Origin: a virus
Length of the DNA: 64,000 nucleotides
Direction: 5' to 3' (one strand)
Virus genome (UHGV): UHGV-0010228
Shown here piece after piece: positions 8,440 to 21,700 of the stretch. Position 1 is the stretch's first letter; each line of letters starts with the position of its first letter. The notes beneath the pieces are model-generated. The model saw nothing but the letters and a program-made list of their open reading frames with translations, searched no databases and was not told the DNA's origin. Position numbers and translations under genes: made by a program.

Positions 8440-11379
8440 GTGTCAACGATTACCCCTAACTATACTAATATATCAGATATTAAAAATACATGGTTAGAAT
8501 CAATTGCACCTAATTACTTTGATTTTGATAATACAAATAATTATCAGTCTGGTATATTTGGTTATATAAATGAAGTTATGGCTGAAGCGGTTGAGGATGG
8601 ATTCAATAGTGTAACTATTGCTAGAAAAGAATTCTATCCTGTAACTGCACAATATATATCATCTTTTTACAAGATGGCATCAATGCAGCAGGTTAGTTTA
8701 CCAATGACAACACCTGCCAGATGTAATGTATCATTAGCTATACCTCAGAAGCAAATTCTTGAAAATAGTACAATAAATGATGGAGTATATGAATGTACGA
8801 TAGATTCGACGTTGCAGATATATGCGGATAATCTACAATTTATGTTAGATTATCCAATAAAAATATTATCTACTAAATCAGATGATGGTACATATGTACA
8901 TGTAATACATTATGATACATCCATAAATAATTCACTCAGTAATGCTGATAGTGAAACTTACATTTCTAATAAGGTTATGGACGCAGATGGTACTAAATAC
9001 CTCATATTATTCATAAAAGATGTACGTCAGTTAGAAATGACAACTTTTTCTCAGATCATACAAAGAGATAGTGGTGTAAATACAGTTACATTCGAAAAGG
9101 ATTTTGAGGGTGATATTGCCAACTTCGAAGTATTCTATAAAGAATCTCAGAATTCTAAAAAGATACAGTTAAAGAAAGTTCTACGATATTCTAACTATCC
9201 AGGTGAGCCATTTATCTGTTATGAATTTATTACATCTAATAAAATTAGATTTACTTTTCCAGATAATAGTGCATTCACTCCCGGTTATAACTCTGAAGTT
9301 ATCGTAAATATATATACATCTCAAGGTGAAGCTGGAAATTTCGAATTATTCTCTGGTCAGTTAACGTGTTCAAATAATTCAGAAGATTATCCATATAATG
9401 CAAACTTCTCAATATTCGGATATGTAAATGCCAGTGCAACTGGTGGTAGAGCTAAAATGACTGATGATGAATTTAGAAATGAAGTTATCAAAGCCTATGC
9501 AACTAATAATGTACATACAATAGCAAATGACTTACAGATGTATTTTGATGACGAATCAAATGCGATAGAGAATGTAAATCTAATGTTTAGAAAAAAACGA
9601 GATGATGCATTCATTAGATTATTTGGATCATATGCATTAATGAAAGATGCATCTGCAATGGTAATTCCTACTAATACAGTAAATCTTAACTTGCACAAAA
9701 CTGATTTAGTTGATAGATCTGATAATGTAACTAGAATTATGATAAAACCTGGTACGATATTTGAATATATCGAACCAGAATCTGAAACAAATTTTGATTT
9801 AAAGATTAATAATGATATATCTATATTAGATATTGATGATAATACTTCTATGTATTTTATAAATCCATTCTTAGTAGGAATTAATATATCTCCAAATTTA
9901 GTTGGATATTACTTAAATTCGATAGATAGTACTAAGAGTGTAGATTATACATATGTAAATGATCAGACAACTAATCAGTTCTCTTGCACAGGAATTAAGT
10001 TTTATAGAAACGCTATTAATGGAAGTAATTACTATGAAATTACTACTCAGATAATTCCTGCATCAGAAATATTTAATCCTGATTATTGTGTAACTAAAAC
10101 CGATGTTTCTCTCACTGAAAACATGATCGTTGCAACTGATAGTGGTCGTATTGTTGACAAGACTTATGTATACGATGACGACAATCAGATTGGTTACGTT
10201 GAGTATACATATAAATATAATAATGGCACTGTGGGTAAGATCCAAGGTAGTACTGCGATTAAACCTGATAATAGTAGAGTTATTGGTTATAATGTACTAT
10301 ATGAAATCGGTGAGGATTTTGTTGTTGGTGACATTATTGCCACTAAGAAAGATATTGATTTAGGATCTCTTACTATTGTAGGTGACATCAATAATGAATT
10401 ATATGCTAATGAGCTTTATATTCCATTTGTACTTGATTCATATAATGATACTGATGGATATTTTGAATTTAAGGCATATCTTGCTACAGATGACGATATT
10501 GGATTAAATGCTAAATTTAATGTTACACATGGTATATTTGACATTAATGGAGAAGAAAATTCAAACCTTGCAATAAATAACGATAATTGCATATTTAATT
10601 TCTGTGCATTATATAATAATCCAGGTAATAATTTAAATCATAAATATTCAACGTTTAAGAATCTCGAGCAGTACACGATGACTAATATGTATTCTACAGA
10701 TTCTAATGACTTAATCGCATTTATTGAATCATATACATTTATTCGTAGTACAGTAACTTTCGTTGATAATCCAGAAGATGCATATAACTATGGTATTGAA
10801 ATTAAAGAATTACCTATGCTACAAGCGTGGTGGGCTTCTAAAGAAGAAAACTATAGCTATTTCATTAATAAGATAAATAGTATTAATGAAGCTTTATTAA
10901 GTATCTCCGATACTTTAGAAAATAACTTTAGTATAGATCTGAAGTTTTATAATACTTTTGGTAAATCTAGATTTTATAAAGTTGGTAATAATAATGAAGG
11001 ATCTACTCTTCTTGATAGTATCCGTTGTAGATTTAGATTTGGTATATCAGTAATGACATTAACTTCCCAGGATACATTCTTATCTCGTTTTAGGGCTCAT
11101 ATAAAATCATATATTGAAGATACAACAAATATTACGGTTAATGGTCAGAGCACATATATAATGAATCTTATAGCAGATCTTAAAAAGACATTCTCAGAAG
11201 TTATCTATATTGAATATTATGGTTTTAATAAATATGATCATATGGCTCAAAAAATTATAGGCCCAAGTTTAGATAAATATACTGAGGATTATATACCTGA
11301 ATTTATAAATATTGGTGTTGTATACACTGATGAAGGTGAAGCATATCCTGATATTTCAATCACCTTAATTGACGAATAA
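8440..11379 (+). CDS. large hypothetical protein (about 980 aa; possibly virion structural)
   Basis: Long ORF. A GTG at 8440 with AAAGGAAGTGA RBS is a more plausible start than the TTG at 8407. Confidence 0.65.
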   Translation: MSTITPNYTNISDIKNTWLESIAPNYFDFDNTNNYQSGIFGYINEVMAEAVEDGFNSVTIARKEFYPVTAQYISSFYKMASMQQVSLPMTTPARCNVSLAIPQKQILENSTINDGVYECTIDSTLQIYADNLQFMLDYPIKILSTKSDDGTYVHVIHYDTSINNSLSNADSETYISNKVMDADGTKYLILFIKDVRQLEMTTFSQIIQRDSGVNTVTFEKDFEGDIANFEVFYKESQNSKKIQLKKVLRYSNYPGEPFICYEFITSNKIRFTFPDNSAFTPGYNSEVIVNIYTSQGEAGNFELFSGQLTCSNNSEDYPYNANFSIFGYVNASATGGRAKMTDDEFRNEVIKAYATNNVHTIANDLQMYFDDESNAIENVNLMFRKKRDDAFIRLFGSYALMKDASAMVIPTNTVNLNLHKTDLVDRSDNVTRIMIKPGTIFEYIEPESETNFDLKINNDISILDIDDNTSMYFINPFLVGINISPNLVGYYLNSIDSTKSVDYTYVNDQTTNQFSCTGIKFYRNAINGSNYYEITTQIIPASEIFNPDYCVTKTDVSLTENMIVATDSGRIVDKTYVYDDDNQIGYVEYTYKYNNGTVGKIQGSTAIKPDNSRVIGYNVLYEIGEDFVVGDIIATKKDIDLGSLTIVGDINNELYANELYIPFVLDSYNDTDGYFEFKAYLATDDDIGLNAKFNVTHGIFDINGEENSNLAINNDNCIFNFCALYNNPGNNLNHKYSTFKNLEQYTMTNMYSTDSNDLIAFIESYTFIRSTVTFVDNPEDAYNYGIEIKELPMLQAWWASKEENYSYFINKINSINEALLSISDTLENNFSIDLKFYNTFGKSRFYKVGNNNEGSTLLDSIRCRFRFGISVMTLTSQDTFLSRFRAHIKSYIEDTTNITVNGQSTYIMNLIADLKKTFSEVIYIEYYGFNKYDHMAQKIIGPSLDKYTEDYIPEFINIGVVYTDEGEAYPDISITLIDE

Positions 11380-11423
11380 AAACATCAACATAAGAAAATT
11401 GCAATAGAAAGGTGGCTAAAGTA

Positions 11424-13085
11424 ATGATAAATAAGAACTTACTTAGAACTGGTCTTATAAATAAATTTACTAACCAATTAATGGAATCGGTTGTAACTGA
11501 GGCTTTTGTTCGTGGTCTTCCATTCAATAAAGAAGACATGACTCATGAACTTGATTCATATAGAAATTATGTTGGATCGGTACTTGAAAGCTTAGGCGGT
11601 GGCTATATATTACTTGAAAATGCAGTTAAGAATAGCAAGCCTGGTTATATACATGATTTAGCAATCGATATAGTATCGACAGCAATTGAAGCAGCAGATA
11701 GAGTTGTAAAGGAGTCTAGTGAAGTTACAGATCCTGAAAATTCTATGTATTCAATAATTGATGAATCAGAGTTTACGGCTGAAGAACTTTCTAGATTTAA
11801 AAAGAAAGGCTCAAATATATCAATTAAAGATGTGGGTAAGGTTATCAATAAAAAGGTTATTGATACTATTAAATTAGAAAAAAATGAATATGAAGATTCA
11901 GAGGATCTTAAGGAAAAATTATCCGCAGCATTAGATGATGCTACAGATAAAGAAGATTCTGAAAAGAATGCTGGAGACGAACCATCAACTGCAGATGATT
12001 CTACTTTATCTGAGGATGATCTAAACGATCCAGATCTCGGTGATGATGATTCTAAAGATTCAGAACCTATAGAAAATGAAAAGAGTGGGTTAGAATCACT
12101 TTATCGTACTAATCTTACACCATTTGATGTTGTTAAACCTATTAGCTTATTCTCAAAGTTACAGGATCTTTGTCTCGAATCTGTATTATGTACAAATGAA
12201 GTATATAGTTCATTACCATTTGAGACTTTAACAAAGATAACTATGGAATCTACTTTAAGCGATTTTTCGCCAAAGAGTAGAACTATTGAGGAAGAATTAG
12301 AAAGTCTTAAACTTGCATCAGAATCTTATAGAGACTCTGACCTTTCTAATGATTCATTTAAATCTAAAATAGACACTGCAATGTCATGTGCTATATGTAT
12401 TGAGACTATATTAGAAACCCTTAATACCCTTAGATTATATAAGCCATCATTAGAATCGGTAAGAGATTTTGTTGATAAACATATCACATATACATCAGCA
12501 ACAGAATCAGATCTTAATGCTATAAAGAATAAGTTAACTGGAATTTCTAAGAGTATGCTTGCTGATGCTGCAGATAATGATTCTATTGAGGATTTAAGAA
12601 ATGTATATACACATATTGAATCAATAGTTGAAAGTGTAGAGGAATTACCACCAGAATACGACTCAATAAAAAATGATGTTCATGCAGCATTTGAATCAAC
12701 TGCTAAGTATATATATGATAAATGTGTTGATCTTAACAATCACTATGATGCAGTTACTGAATCTATATATGATATTAAGAATAGAGAAGCTAATATAAGT
12801 GAATTTGATAAGATCGCTAGAACTTATGGTAAGCACCCAAATGTTAGTGAAATAAGAATCGTATTTGATTCTGCAAGTGAGAATGTTGGAGCTGTATCAA
12901 TCGATGCATATGGTAGAAATGGTAATAGACTTGATAGCACAATAGCAGTTATGCATGGCCATGAGTCTTATAAAACATTCAAAGATTGTGTATTAGAAGC
13001 TGCTCAGTTATCTAAACTTCCATATACTGGAAAGAATCTTAATTACTACGATAAAACTACTTGTAAGCTTCATAATTTATACTAA
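11424..13085 (+). CDS. acidic hypothetical protein (about 554 aa, D/E/S-rich middle region)
   Basis: ATG at 11424 with AAAGGTGG RBS. The listed 11412 GTG start is less likely. Confidence 0.6.
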   Translation: MINKNLLRTGLINKFTNQLMESVVTEAFVRGLPFNKEDMTHELDSYRNYVGSVLESLGGGYILLENAVKNSKPGYIHDLAIDIVSTAIEAADRVVKESSEVTDPENSMYSIIDESEFTAEELSRFKKKGSNISIKDVGKVINKKVIDTIKLEKNEYEDSEDLKEKLSAALDDATDKEDSEKNAGDEPSTADDSTLSEDDLNDPDLGDDDSKDSEPIENEKSGLESLYRTNLTPFDVVKPISLFSKLQDLCLESVLCTNEVYSSLPFETLTKITMESTLSDFSPKSRTIEEELESLKLASESYRDSDLSNDSFKSKIDTAMSCAICIETILETLNTLRLYKPSLESVRDFVDKHITYTSATESDLNAIKNKLTGISKSMLADAADNDSIEDLRNVYTHIESIVESVEELPPEYDSIKNDVHAAFESTAKYIYDKCVDLNNHYDAVTESIYDIKNREANISEFDKIARTYGKHPNVSEIRIVFDSASENVGAVSIDAYGRNGNRLDSTIAVMHGHESYKTFKDCVLEAAQLSKLPYTGKNLNYYDKTTCKLHNLY

Positions 13086-13125
13086 AATAATAAGGATAGA
13101 TGTTTATAAACATCTATCCTTATTA

Positions 13126-13494
13126 TTATATTTTAATGACCCATCTACCCTCTATATTAAATACTACTGCACGAGAAATAAAAATTCCCCATGATGTCGA
13201 ATCTGCTGATTCATCCATACTACTCATCCAATCATTTTTTATCTGATCAAGTGCTTCAAATCTTGAGCCTGTTTCTATATTCGTATCATAGAATGATGAT
13301 TGATATAAATCAGGTTCATTTTTTAATTCATAATTAGAATTACAAAATTGATTAATTTTAGATACTACATAATCGTAATTATGATGTATTGGGTAAATCG
13401 GGGATACTTCCTTACTACAATCAATTCCATACTTAGGTTTTTCTAATAATATATCCTCAATTAACTCAGTGGGCTTAGCATTTAATTTCATCAT
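13126..13494 (-). CDS. hypothetical protein (122 aa)
   Basis: AAGGAGG RBS. The start overlaps the stop of the upstream gene (ATGA). Confidence 0.6.
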   Translation of the reverse strand: MMKLNAKPTELIEDILLEKPKYGIDCSKEVSPIYPIHHNYDYVVSKINQFCNSNYELKNEPDLYQSSFYDTNIETGSRFEALDQIKNDWMSSMDESADSTSWGIFISRAVVFNIEGRWVIKI

Positions 13495-14114
13495 TTATCC
13501 TCCTTACACATATATTTCATATATGCAACCGTTTTTTGTATACGTTTTCTATTATAATCGCAATCAAAATCTTCTTGATATCTAATTTTGATATTAATTC
13601 TAGGTTTAATAGAATAGTATAATTCTACACGTCCGGGATTGATGATATAATCATCTAATAATAATGAATCATATCCACTCATTGTATCAGGATATGTTTT
13701 AGCTAGATTATCCCAATCTGGTTTTTGTAAGGGTCTAATTTTCTTTTTTTCTGCTAAATATGTATCTACATTACTCATACTTTTAGGAGTTGGCAAATAT
13801 GCTTCAATAGTATATTCAACTCTTGTGCATATAGTATCTAATTCTTCAATAAATTTTTTCATCCGTTTTCTGTTCTTTTTAGCATCTTTAACATAAAATC
13901 CAAATTTACCCTGCCTAGGTCTTGGTGATGCTTTAGGAACCCATGGAATCGTTAAATTTATTTCTTCCCATTTAATTTTATCAATTTGCTTTTCTTTTTC
14001 TTTAACTTTATTAAAATCTATTCTTTTTGTATTTTCTAAGTATTCTAATAATTCTTCTGTTGTGTCTGGTAATTTACTATACAATTTTTCATATTCAATA
14101 TCTTCTTTATACAT
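13491..14114 (-). CDS. hypothetical protein (207 aa)
   Basis: Coupled within an operon. Confidence 0.6.
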   Translation of the reverse strand: MYKEDIEYEKLYSKLPDTTEELLEYLENTKRIDFNKVKEKEKQIDKIKWEEINLTIPWVPKASPRPRQGKFGFYVKDAKKNRKRMKKFIEELDTICTRVEYTIEAYLPTPKSMSNVDTYLAEKKKIRPLQKPDWDNLAKTYPDTMSGYDSLLLDDYIINPGRVELYYSIKPRINIKIRYQEDFDCDYNRKRIQKTVAYMKYMCKEDK

Positions 14115-14117
14115 AAT

Positions 14118-15635
14118 CTATCCTACTAACGTCGCAAATCTTCTTAATTTTGTTGCTAACGTATCACCCATTTTTCTAGCAAATGACCTAGGTACATCTC
14201 TAACTCGGTTAAGGCAAAATGCGGTAAATAAATCAACCTTTTCTCTAACATTTGATGATTTTAAATCTGCTCCACATAAATTACCGAGATATTCAATTAA
14301 ACCTTCATTTCTCATGAATAATAATGGATGATCTGAATTTGTTAACATTAATTGACTATATAAAGGAGTTATTGTAATAGTAACATTCCATGCAGTCGAT
14401 AATCCATCAATAGTCCATGCTGTCATATCATCACCACCACGGTTTAATTCTATTCCAGATATTACTGCCAATTGACTATTAAACATTCCTGGCTGATATA
14501 CACGAATAACAAATGGGAATGTATACATATTATCCGATATCTGTCTAGGTAAAGACATTGCTAATAAATGTAGTGCCGGCACCATACAATTTAAGAATAT
14601 TGATACTGGATCTCCATATGGAGAGACAAAATCCATACTACATCTAATATCTTTATTATATGTAACACCTGAGAGCATTGATGGAAAGACCATCTGTCCA
14701 CCATTTAATAATCCAGTTCCTAGCATCGAAAATATATCACCGTCACCACCAGATAATGAACTTATCATATCAGTTAAATCTTTAGTAACGTCTGAACTGA
14801 AAAATCCACCTTTATGTTCTCCTTGGAGATAATAATATAATGATGCAGATGCAGTTCCTAATTTTTGTGCAGCATCTGATAGTAAAGGAGAATCTCCTGT
14901 ATCTGTCTGTATATTTTCAGATATATTAGTTTCCTGATTATTTACAAAGAAATGAATATAGTTCTTATCACTAAAGAAATCACCTGATGTAAATAATGTT
15001 TTATAGAAATCTGTCCATATCGATCTAAGAGCAGAATCTTTAGTATTCTTATAACTCGCTCTATATCTCCAATACATATAGTCAAAGTTTTTTAATTCAA
15101 CAGATGTATTTGGCATTAAATAATCGCCAATACCCATAAGAATGGCTGATGCTCTACATAATACATTTAAATACTTTGCATATTCTTCAGTATCTTGCTT
15201 AAAATCGAAAAGTTTCATCGATTCATTACCAATCTTACGTTTACCACTTATTTCTTGCTGAACTTTATATAATATTGCACTATTACCTCTAGATGCTTCT
15301 AATATTGAATTACTAAATGAAGTTTTATCTGAATCTGTAAATTTAGGTAACATAGTTACTTTACCTGGCAATATTGATATTATTGTAGGATTTGATAATA
15401 TAGTTCTAGAATACACCCTTCCAAACCCAGAGCCCATTTCATTTGTATATTGTAAATCAATATCCATATTATATTTAGGCGGTACACCCATAGCTCTAGT
15501 TATTCTTGTTATATCAACCGAGTAATAATCTCTCTCAAGATGCCCAGCAATGGAGTTATCAGTTGGGTCATAATCCTGAGTACTAGATGCTTGATTAGTG
15601 TTTTTCTTAATTGCACCAAATGAGAAAATTCCCAT
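14118..15635 (-). CDS. hypothetical protein (505 aa), directly downstream of the giant gene (possibly virion-associated)
   Basis: GGAGGTGAAA RBS. Long ORF. Confidence 0.65.
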   Translation of the reverse strand: MGIFSFGAIKKNTNQASSTQDYDPTDNSIAGHLERDYYSVDITRITRAMGVPPKYNMDIDLQYTNEMGSGFGRVYSRTILSNPTIISILPGKVTMLPKFTDSDKTSFSNSILEASRGNSAILYKVQQEISGKRKIGNESMKLFDFKQDTEEYAKYLNVLCRASAILMGIGDYLMPNTSVELKNFDYMYWRYRASYKNTKDSALRSIWTDFYKTLFTSGDFFSDKNYIHFFVNNQETNISENIQTDTGDSPLLSDAAQKLGTASASLYYYLQGEHKGGFFSSDVTKDLTDMISSLSGGDGDIFSMLGTGLLNGGQMVFPSMLSGVTYNKDIRCSMDFVSPYGDPVSIFLNCMVPALHLLAMSLPRQISDNMYTFPFVIRVYQPGMFNSQLAVISGIELNRGGDDMTAWTIDGLSTAWNVTITITPLYSQLMLTNSDHPLLFMRNEGLIEYLGNLCGADLKSSNVREKVDLFTAFCLNRVRDVPRSFARKMGDTLATKLRRFATLVG

Positions 15636-15672
15636 TTAATTTCACCTCCTTATATTATCAAGTTTGTTAATA

Positions 15673-15708
15673 GATGATGAGATAGTAAATTTACTATCTC
15701 ATCATCTT
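15673..15708 (-). terminator. 18-bp-stem hairpin between the giant gene and the next gene (terminator or attenuator)
   Basis: agatgatgagatagtaaa / tttactatctcatcatct perfect inverted repeat. The U-tract is weak on the minus strand. Confidence 0.4.
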
Positions 15709-15716
15709 ATTTCTAT

Positions 15717-18700
15717 TTATAATGTAGCTATTTTATTATACATTGAATTTAGATTAGGATTCTTTAATGATTTTGCACTTTTTGCTCTACTTCCAGTAGA
15801 AATATTATTTGTCTTATTACCACCAATAATTGTAGTGTTACCACTATTTGTAATGTTAGTTGGACTAGAATTCTTACTGTCACCATACCACTTGTCAATA
15901 GTATTAGCAATAGTATCGAGTCTAGATTCAACTCCATCATTATTAGCATTAATAAATGTATTCTTATTAATAAATCCACCATTTTCAGAATTGCCTCCGA
16001 AGTATGGAGCATCTGGGTTTATATTATATCTCTTTGCCATATTAACATTTGCTATATTTAACTTCTTATTATAATCAGGCCCTAAACCTACTAAGCTATA
16101 TGATGCAGGATTGATCCATGACCCGTTTTTCTTTACACCATAATGTAAGTGGTTACCTGTAGACTTGCCAGTAGATCCAACAAGACCAACTTTAGCACCC
16201 TTAGCAACTCTAGCGCCCTTAGACACTAAGCGCTTACTCTGATGAGCGAAGTAATGTTGAGTTCCCTTACTATCTGTTACTACAACAAGATTACCAAATC
16301 CACCAGTACTACCAGGAGATTCCGATCTAGTAACAGTACCCGATACAGGTGTATAGATTGGAGTTCCAGCTGGTGCTGCAAAATCTATACCATTATGCAT
16401 CTTACGTTTACCGCTCTGTGGATCTGATCTATATCCGAATGGACTTGAAATTCTCGTGTACTTCAATGTTTTCTGAATGGCTTCTTTAGCATTATTACCA
16501 ACTACATTAACTGATGAACCAACTGAAGAGCCAGATAAAGAAGAAGATGATGACTTAGATGTAGTATTAGTGTTTGATGATTTTCCAGATGAGTATTTAG
16601 AATTTATCCAATCCCATAAATCTCCCATCTTTGATGCTTTCATTGCATTTCCAACACCTTCTGCATATCCACTTATCATTTCACCCCACGTGGAGTTACC
16701 ATATCCAATCGGAAGATCAATATCTCCCCAGCCATAGATATTTTTTCCACCAACAGAATCGTATTGTCCTAAATTATAATTTACATATAACCGCTTTAAT
16801 TTATTTTCATAATCAATTTTTGCCATCGGGATATTATTTGGATAATCATACGTTGATGTGCAGTATCCAGCATTAGCAACTGCGTGCATTGCATCATATG
16901 CTGTAGTTGCAGTTCTAGCACCACTATATAACTTACCCGAAAGCACATCCCAATATCTAACTACACTATCACCAATGGTATTATATTTAGCCAACTTACC
17001 TTTTGGCATTACACCAAACATATTATTACTACTGAGAGCTCCACCGGCTGATCCTAAGCTTGTTTCTTGAATCGCTTGCGCCAGCGTTAATGAAGGTGGT
17101 AATGATGTTGATCTGGCGTTATCTTGAGCAAATTTTGCAAGAATATTTAATCTTTCACTTAATGATTTCTTTGCCCACTGTCTTCCACTAACATTTAATT
17201 CAGCCGGTATAGTAATTGAAGATCCGTTAAAATCTACAATTCCCGTACTACCTAAGGTTTTACCATCTTCAGCAGTTTCATAGTCTGATGATACATCACT
17301 TTCCAATTCAGAAGCAATTGCTTCCCATGGATCTGTACCATTCACATATGCTGTCATATATGAACTAATAGCACCCGCAAGTCGCTTTAATTTTGTGAAA
17401 AGATTCTCGCCTTTTAACGAACCTAAAAAGTTCATAACTCCTTCTCTAGTATGCTCTAATAAGCCGGAAGCTAAAGATTCATCAGTTGCTGCAATACTAG
17501 ACATATCAACTCCGTTTACATAGTATTCAGAATTATCAACTCTTTCTTGCATATCTTTAATTTTTGAAGATGATAATCCCCAGTTTACGTAAATATATGA
17601 CAATCTAGTTCTCTCGTGCTGTTTTATTACACTTTTAGACTTATATGTAACATTTGTACCTGTTTCAGTTTCACCATCTTTAATTACTATCGAATATTTA
17701 TTATATTTTTTATTTATTGGAATTTCGACATATCTCCAATAATCTCTTAAAGTATAATATTTATCCCTATCTGCTGATTGCATTACTGTATCTACAAGTC
17801 TTCTTAATTCAGCATCAGTAATTTTAGATACTGGAACGTTTTTCTTTCCAATAGTAGCAACATTACATACATCTGTAGATTTATTAAAATAATCAATTTT
17901 TGTTATTGTAGTATCATTCGATCCAGTCGAACTTTTCCACTTTTTATATACATATTCATAGATATATCTAGTTCTAAAAATATTATCACCATAAGTATTA
18001 ACTTTCTTTCTCCAACTTAATGCTTCATATTTTTTATATCCTTCTACAATATATTTATCATATAACTTAAAATCGGATTTTTTGTAAGATAATATTAATG
18101 AATATAGCGCAGTATTTCCAATACCTGCTAAATCTTTAGTTTGTTCAGGGACTGGTGGAATAGATTTCTTAATTGCACAGAATTTATATGGATCCGCTAA
18201 ATACTTATTTTCAATATCTCTTGAAGTCAGCTTCGTTTTATTTGCTGCATTATATAATTTTGATGGTGCCGGCGGATTATAATTTGTAGTTGTTTTAGCT
18301 TCATTTTTCTTTGCAGTTGTAATATCTTTAACCAATTTTGATTTATTGGATAGCTTATTAAGGGTTGATGATATCAGTCCATACCCAAATGGTATATCAT
18401 ATGCAGTCTTTTTTGTTTTATACATATCTGGAATATTGATATTACCATAACCATATGACCATCCACCAGTTGCATTGTTGATGACTGATGATGCTGAATA
18501 ACTCTTAGTCTTACCATCCATTGGATCTTTGATAATGATATTACCATTTGAATCCATACCTGATGCTACAACTATATGACCAGCTGATGTGAATGGATCA
18601 TTTGTATGATCTCCTCTACCGGCTACTATTGTAGGTACTCCAGATTTTATATTTGTATATAATTCGGATCCTCTAGTTACTTGATGAGGCTTTAATCCCA

Positions 18701-21700
18701 TTTCTGCAGCACCTTTGGTGAATAATGCTGCATTAGCCCCGCCCTGAGTAATATATCCATTAGCAGCTGCCATTTTACCAATGTCTCCAGGTGAAATCAT
18801 TTTACCATTAATATCATTTGCAATCATTGCTAATGATGTAGGTCCACATCCACCGTTTGCCATAGTAGATGGCTGTCCATTTGGTAATGTGCCTAATGGA
18901 ATACTTGACCACTGAGCATTTTTCTGAGATAATGCCTGACCATATCCAAAACCAACAGGTCCTCTGCCAAAACCAGCATTATTTATATTTGAAGATTTAT
19001 TTCTATTATTAGATGTATTAGTAGATGCTCCACTTCTAATAGTACCTCCACTAACATCATTCGTTATATAATCATCATTATAATCAGTCATAGTATAGCC
19101 ACTGTATGCACCAGCAGGTTTACCATAACCTAAAGCTTTATTCATAGATATGATTGGATGTCGAATCACACTCCATACACGTTTTATTACACTTCTATTT
19201 GCTATAGTGTCACTATATTCATCTAATGTTAAATCATCACCATTTTCTGCATTATATTGAGCAGCTTCTTCTTCAAATCTTTTCTGAGCTTCATCAAGAT
19301 TAAGAGCAAACTGATCATTGAATAACCCAGATAATTTATCATATAAGAACGATGCAAATTCACATTTAAGATCACATCCTTTAAATGCACCTACAACTTC
19401 TAATGTTAAGTCTATTACAATACCTACACTAATACCCATAAGGCATTTCATTACTGATGATATGAATCTCATTAATAAATCAACATCATTTGCATTTACT
19501 TTGAATAAATTAGCAGCTTCAAAGAATCCAGTTGCTAAATCGTATACACCGAATAATATTCCTATCGGAGAAGTAGTTATTCCGGCCTTAGCTATCTGAG
19601 TTCCTAATAAAGTTGCATATTTCATATATATTCTATCTTCTGATAATATAAATGTTAACTTATCTTTGAGCCATGAACTAATAGCAGATATTGTTTTAGC
19701 AATAACTGTCTTTTGTCCACTCTTATCTTTCATTATTTTACCTAATACTTTTAGTACAACCTTATTCTTTGCAATTGCACTTATTCCTTTTTCTACTAAT
19801 CCAAATGCTTTTCTAATAAGACCTTTTCTACTTTCTTTAACTGCATCACTAGCTCCTGTTTCAACAACGCTCTGTGTTGATTTCTTAAGAATATCTTTTT
19901 CAAAATCAGTTGTTGCTTCACCTGCAGCAGCCTTTGCAGTTGCTTCAGCAATAGCACCAGCTTCGGACTTTGACATAGTAAATCCAAGATCAAGGGCTGT
20001 ATCTTTAATAATGTTTCTTCTAGCAATATCCACAATTGATTTGCTTACAGATTCTGATGCATATTTTTCAAGTACTCCTAATCTTTCTTCAACTGGAAGA
20101 TACTTTAATACTTCTTCTAATAATTCTTCAGGTGCTTTATGAACACTAAGGCCTTTAGCAACCATAGCTCCAGCACCACTTTTAACATTACCAGCAGCAC
20201 TTTCAGCAGATATTCCTTTGAGAATATCATATGCTTGCTTATCATCTATATTTGAAACTAATACTTTATTGACTTCGTCTAATGTCTTATCAGATATATT
20301 ATTTAATGCGCCATTCTGTAATACCCTAGCTCCAATATCAGATGCACGTCCACTTCTAAGACCTGTAGAAGATACTATAGTATTTATACTTGATCCTGCT
20401 ACTGATCTAGCAACTGAACTCGTAGCTTTAATAGCGGCATCGCCTAATGCGGCACCTCTAGCTCCACCATATAATGCCCCTGTAACTGGCGAAATTCCTC
20501 CTGGCATTAATCCAAAAGCTCCACCAACCGTAGCACCCAGGACTGCACCGGCACCCTTATATAGCAATTTTCCAGTTCTACCACCACGAGCAGCATTAAT
20601 AGCACCTCTAACAAATCCATTTAATCCTATTCTTTGTGCATCAGTATGCTCAGCATATGTTGCATTTCCATCTTCATCAATACCTATAGCATCTTGATCT
20701 CTAGTATATGAAATAGTACCATCTTCATCAACATCAATAACATTATTACCATTAGCTTGCAAGCCTTGAATCATTGATGCTCTTTGCTCTTTGCTCATGT
20801 GAGCAGTTGATAATGTGTATACTTCAGTTGTATCAGTTTTAAACTTCCATCCTGGGACTAGTTTACCAACAGTAACATTCCATAATGCTTTAAGAACTGA
20901 TCCTGCTATAGTTGGAATTACAGAAATAAATGCATTCATCATTGGTTCTGCTAATGTATTAAACATGACCTTTATAACATCAGCAATATAATGAGCATTC
21001 TTTCCTATATTTTCAAATACTTTAGTTATTGATGGGAATATGTATTGATTCCAATACATTGGGAAGTTTTCTGAGAACTTATTAATACCATTACCAATAG
21101 ATGTTAATCCATGCTCTAATGTTGGTAATACATATTGATCCCAAATTGCTCCACGCTCAATGAAATTAGAGAATTCCTGAGTCTTAGCTTCAAGTCTAGC
21201 CTGGAAACCAGGTCTTATAATTTCAGCTATACCTATAGTTATACCTGCTACAGTGTATGCAGGAATAATTTTCTTAACACCAGCAACTACTAATTTAGCA
21301 GGAAGGGTATTGCCAACCGCACCTAATACACTTCCAGATACTCCTAAAATCTTTCCAAGAGCTTTTCTAATTATAGATGTATCATTTTCAGTTGGTTTTT
21401 CTTCTTCTTCATTAGTTTTAGCAGCAGATGTTGCACCTATAGTTGCAACTGAAGTTGCACCTTTACGAACTTCCTCAGTATCTTCATCTTTTCTATTAAG
21501 AGCAAAAAAGCTCTTAATATTATTTTTCATATTTTGAACATTCTCATTTTCTGTTATTTTATATTTATCCATTATACGTTTACCGAAACGCTTTAATGGA
21601 TTTCCTTTTGACGTACTCTTTCTCTTCTTTCTAACATCATCACCAGTAATATCACCATCTGTATTGATTTCAACATCAACTGCAGCAGCATCAGCAATAT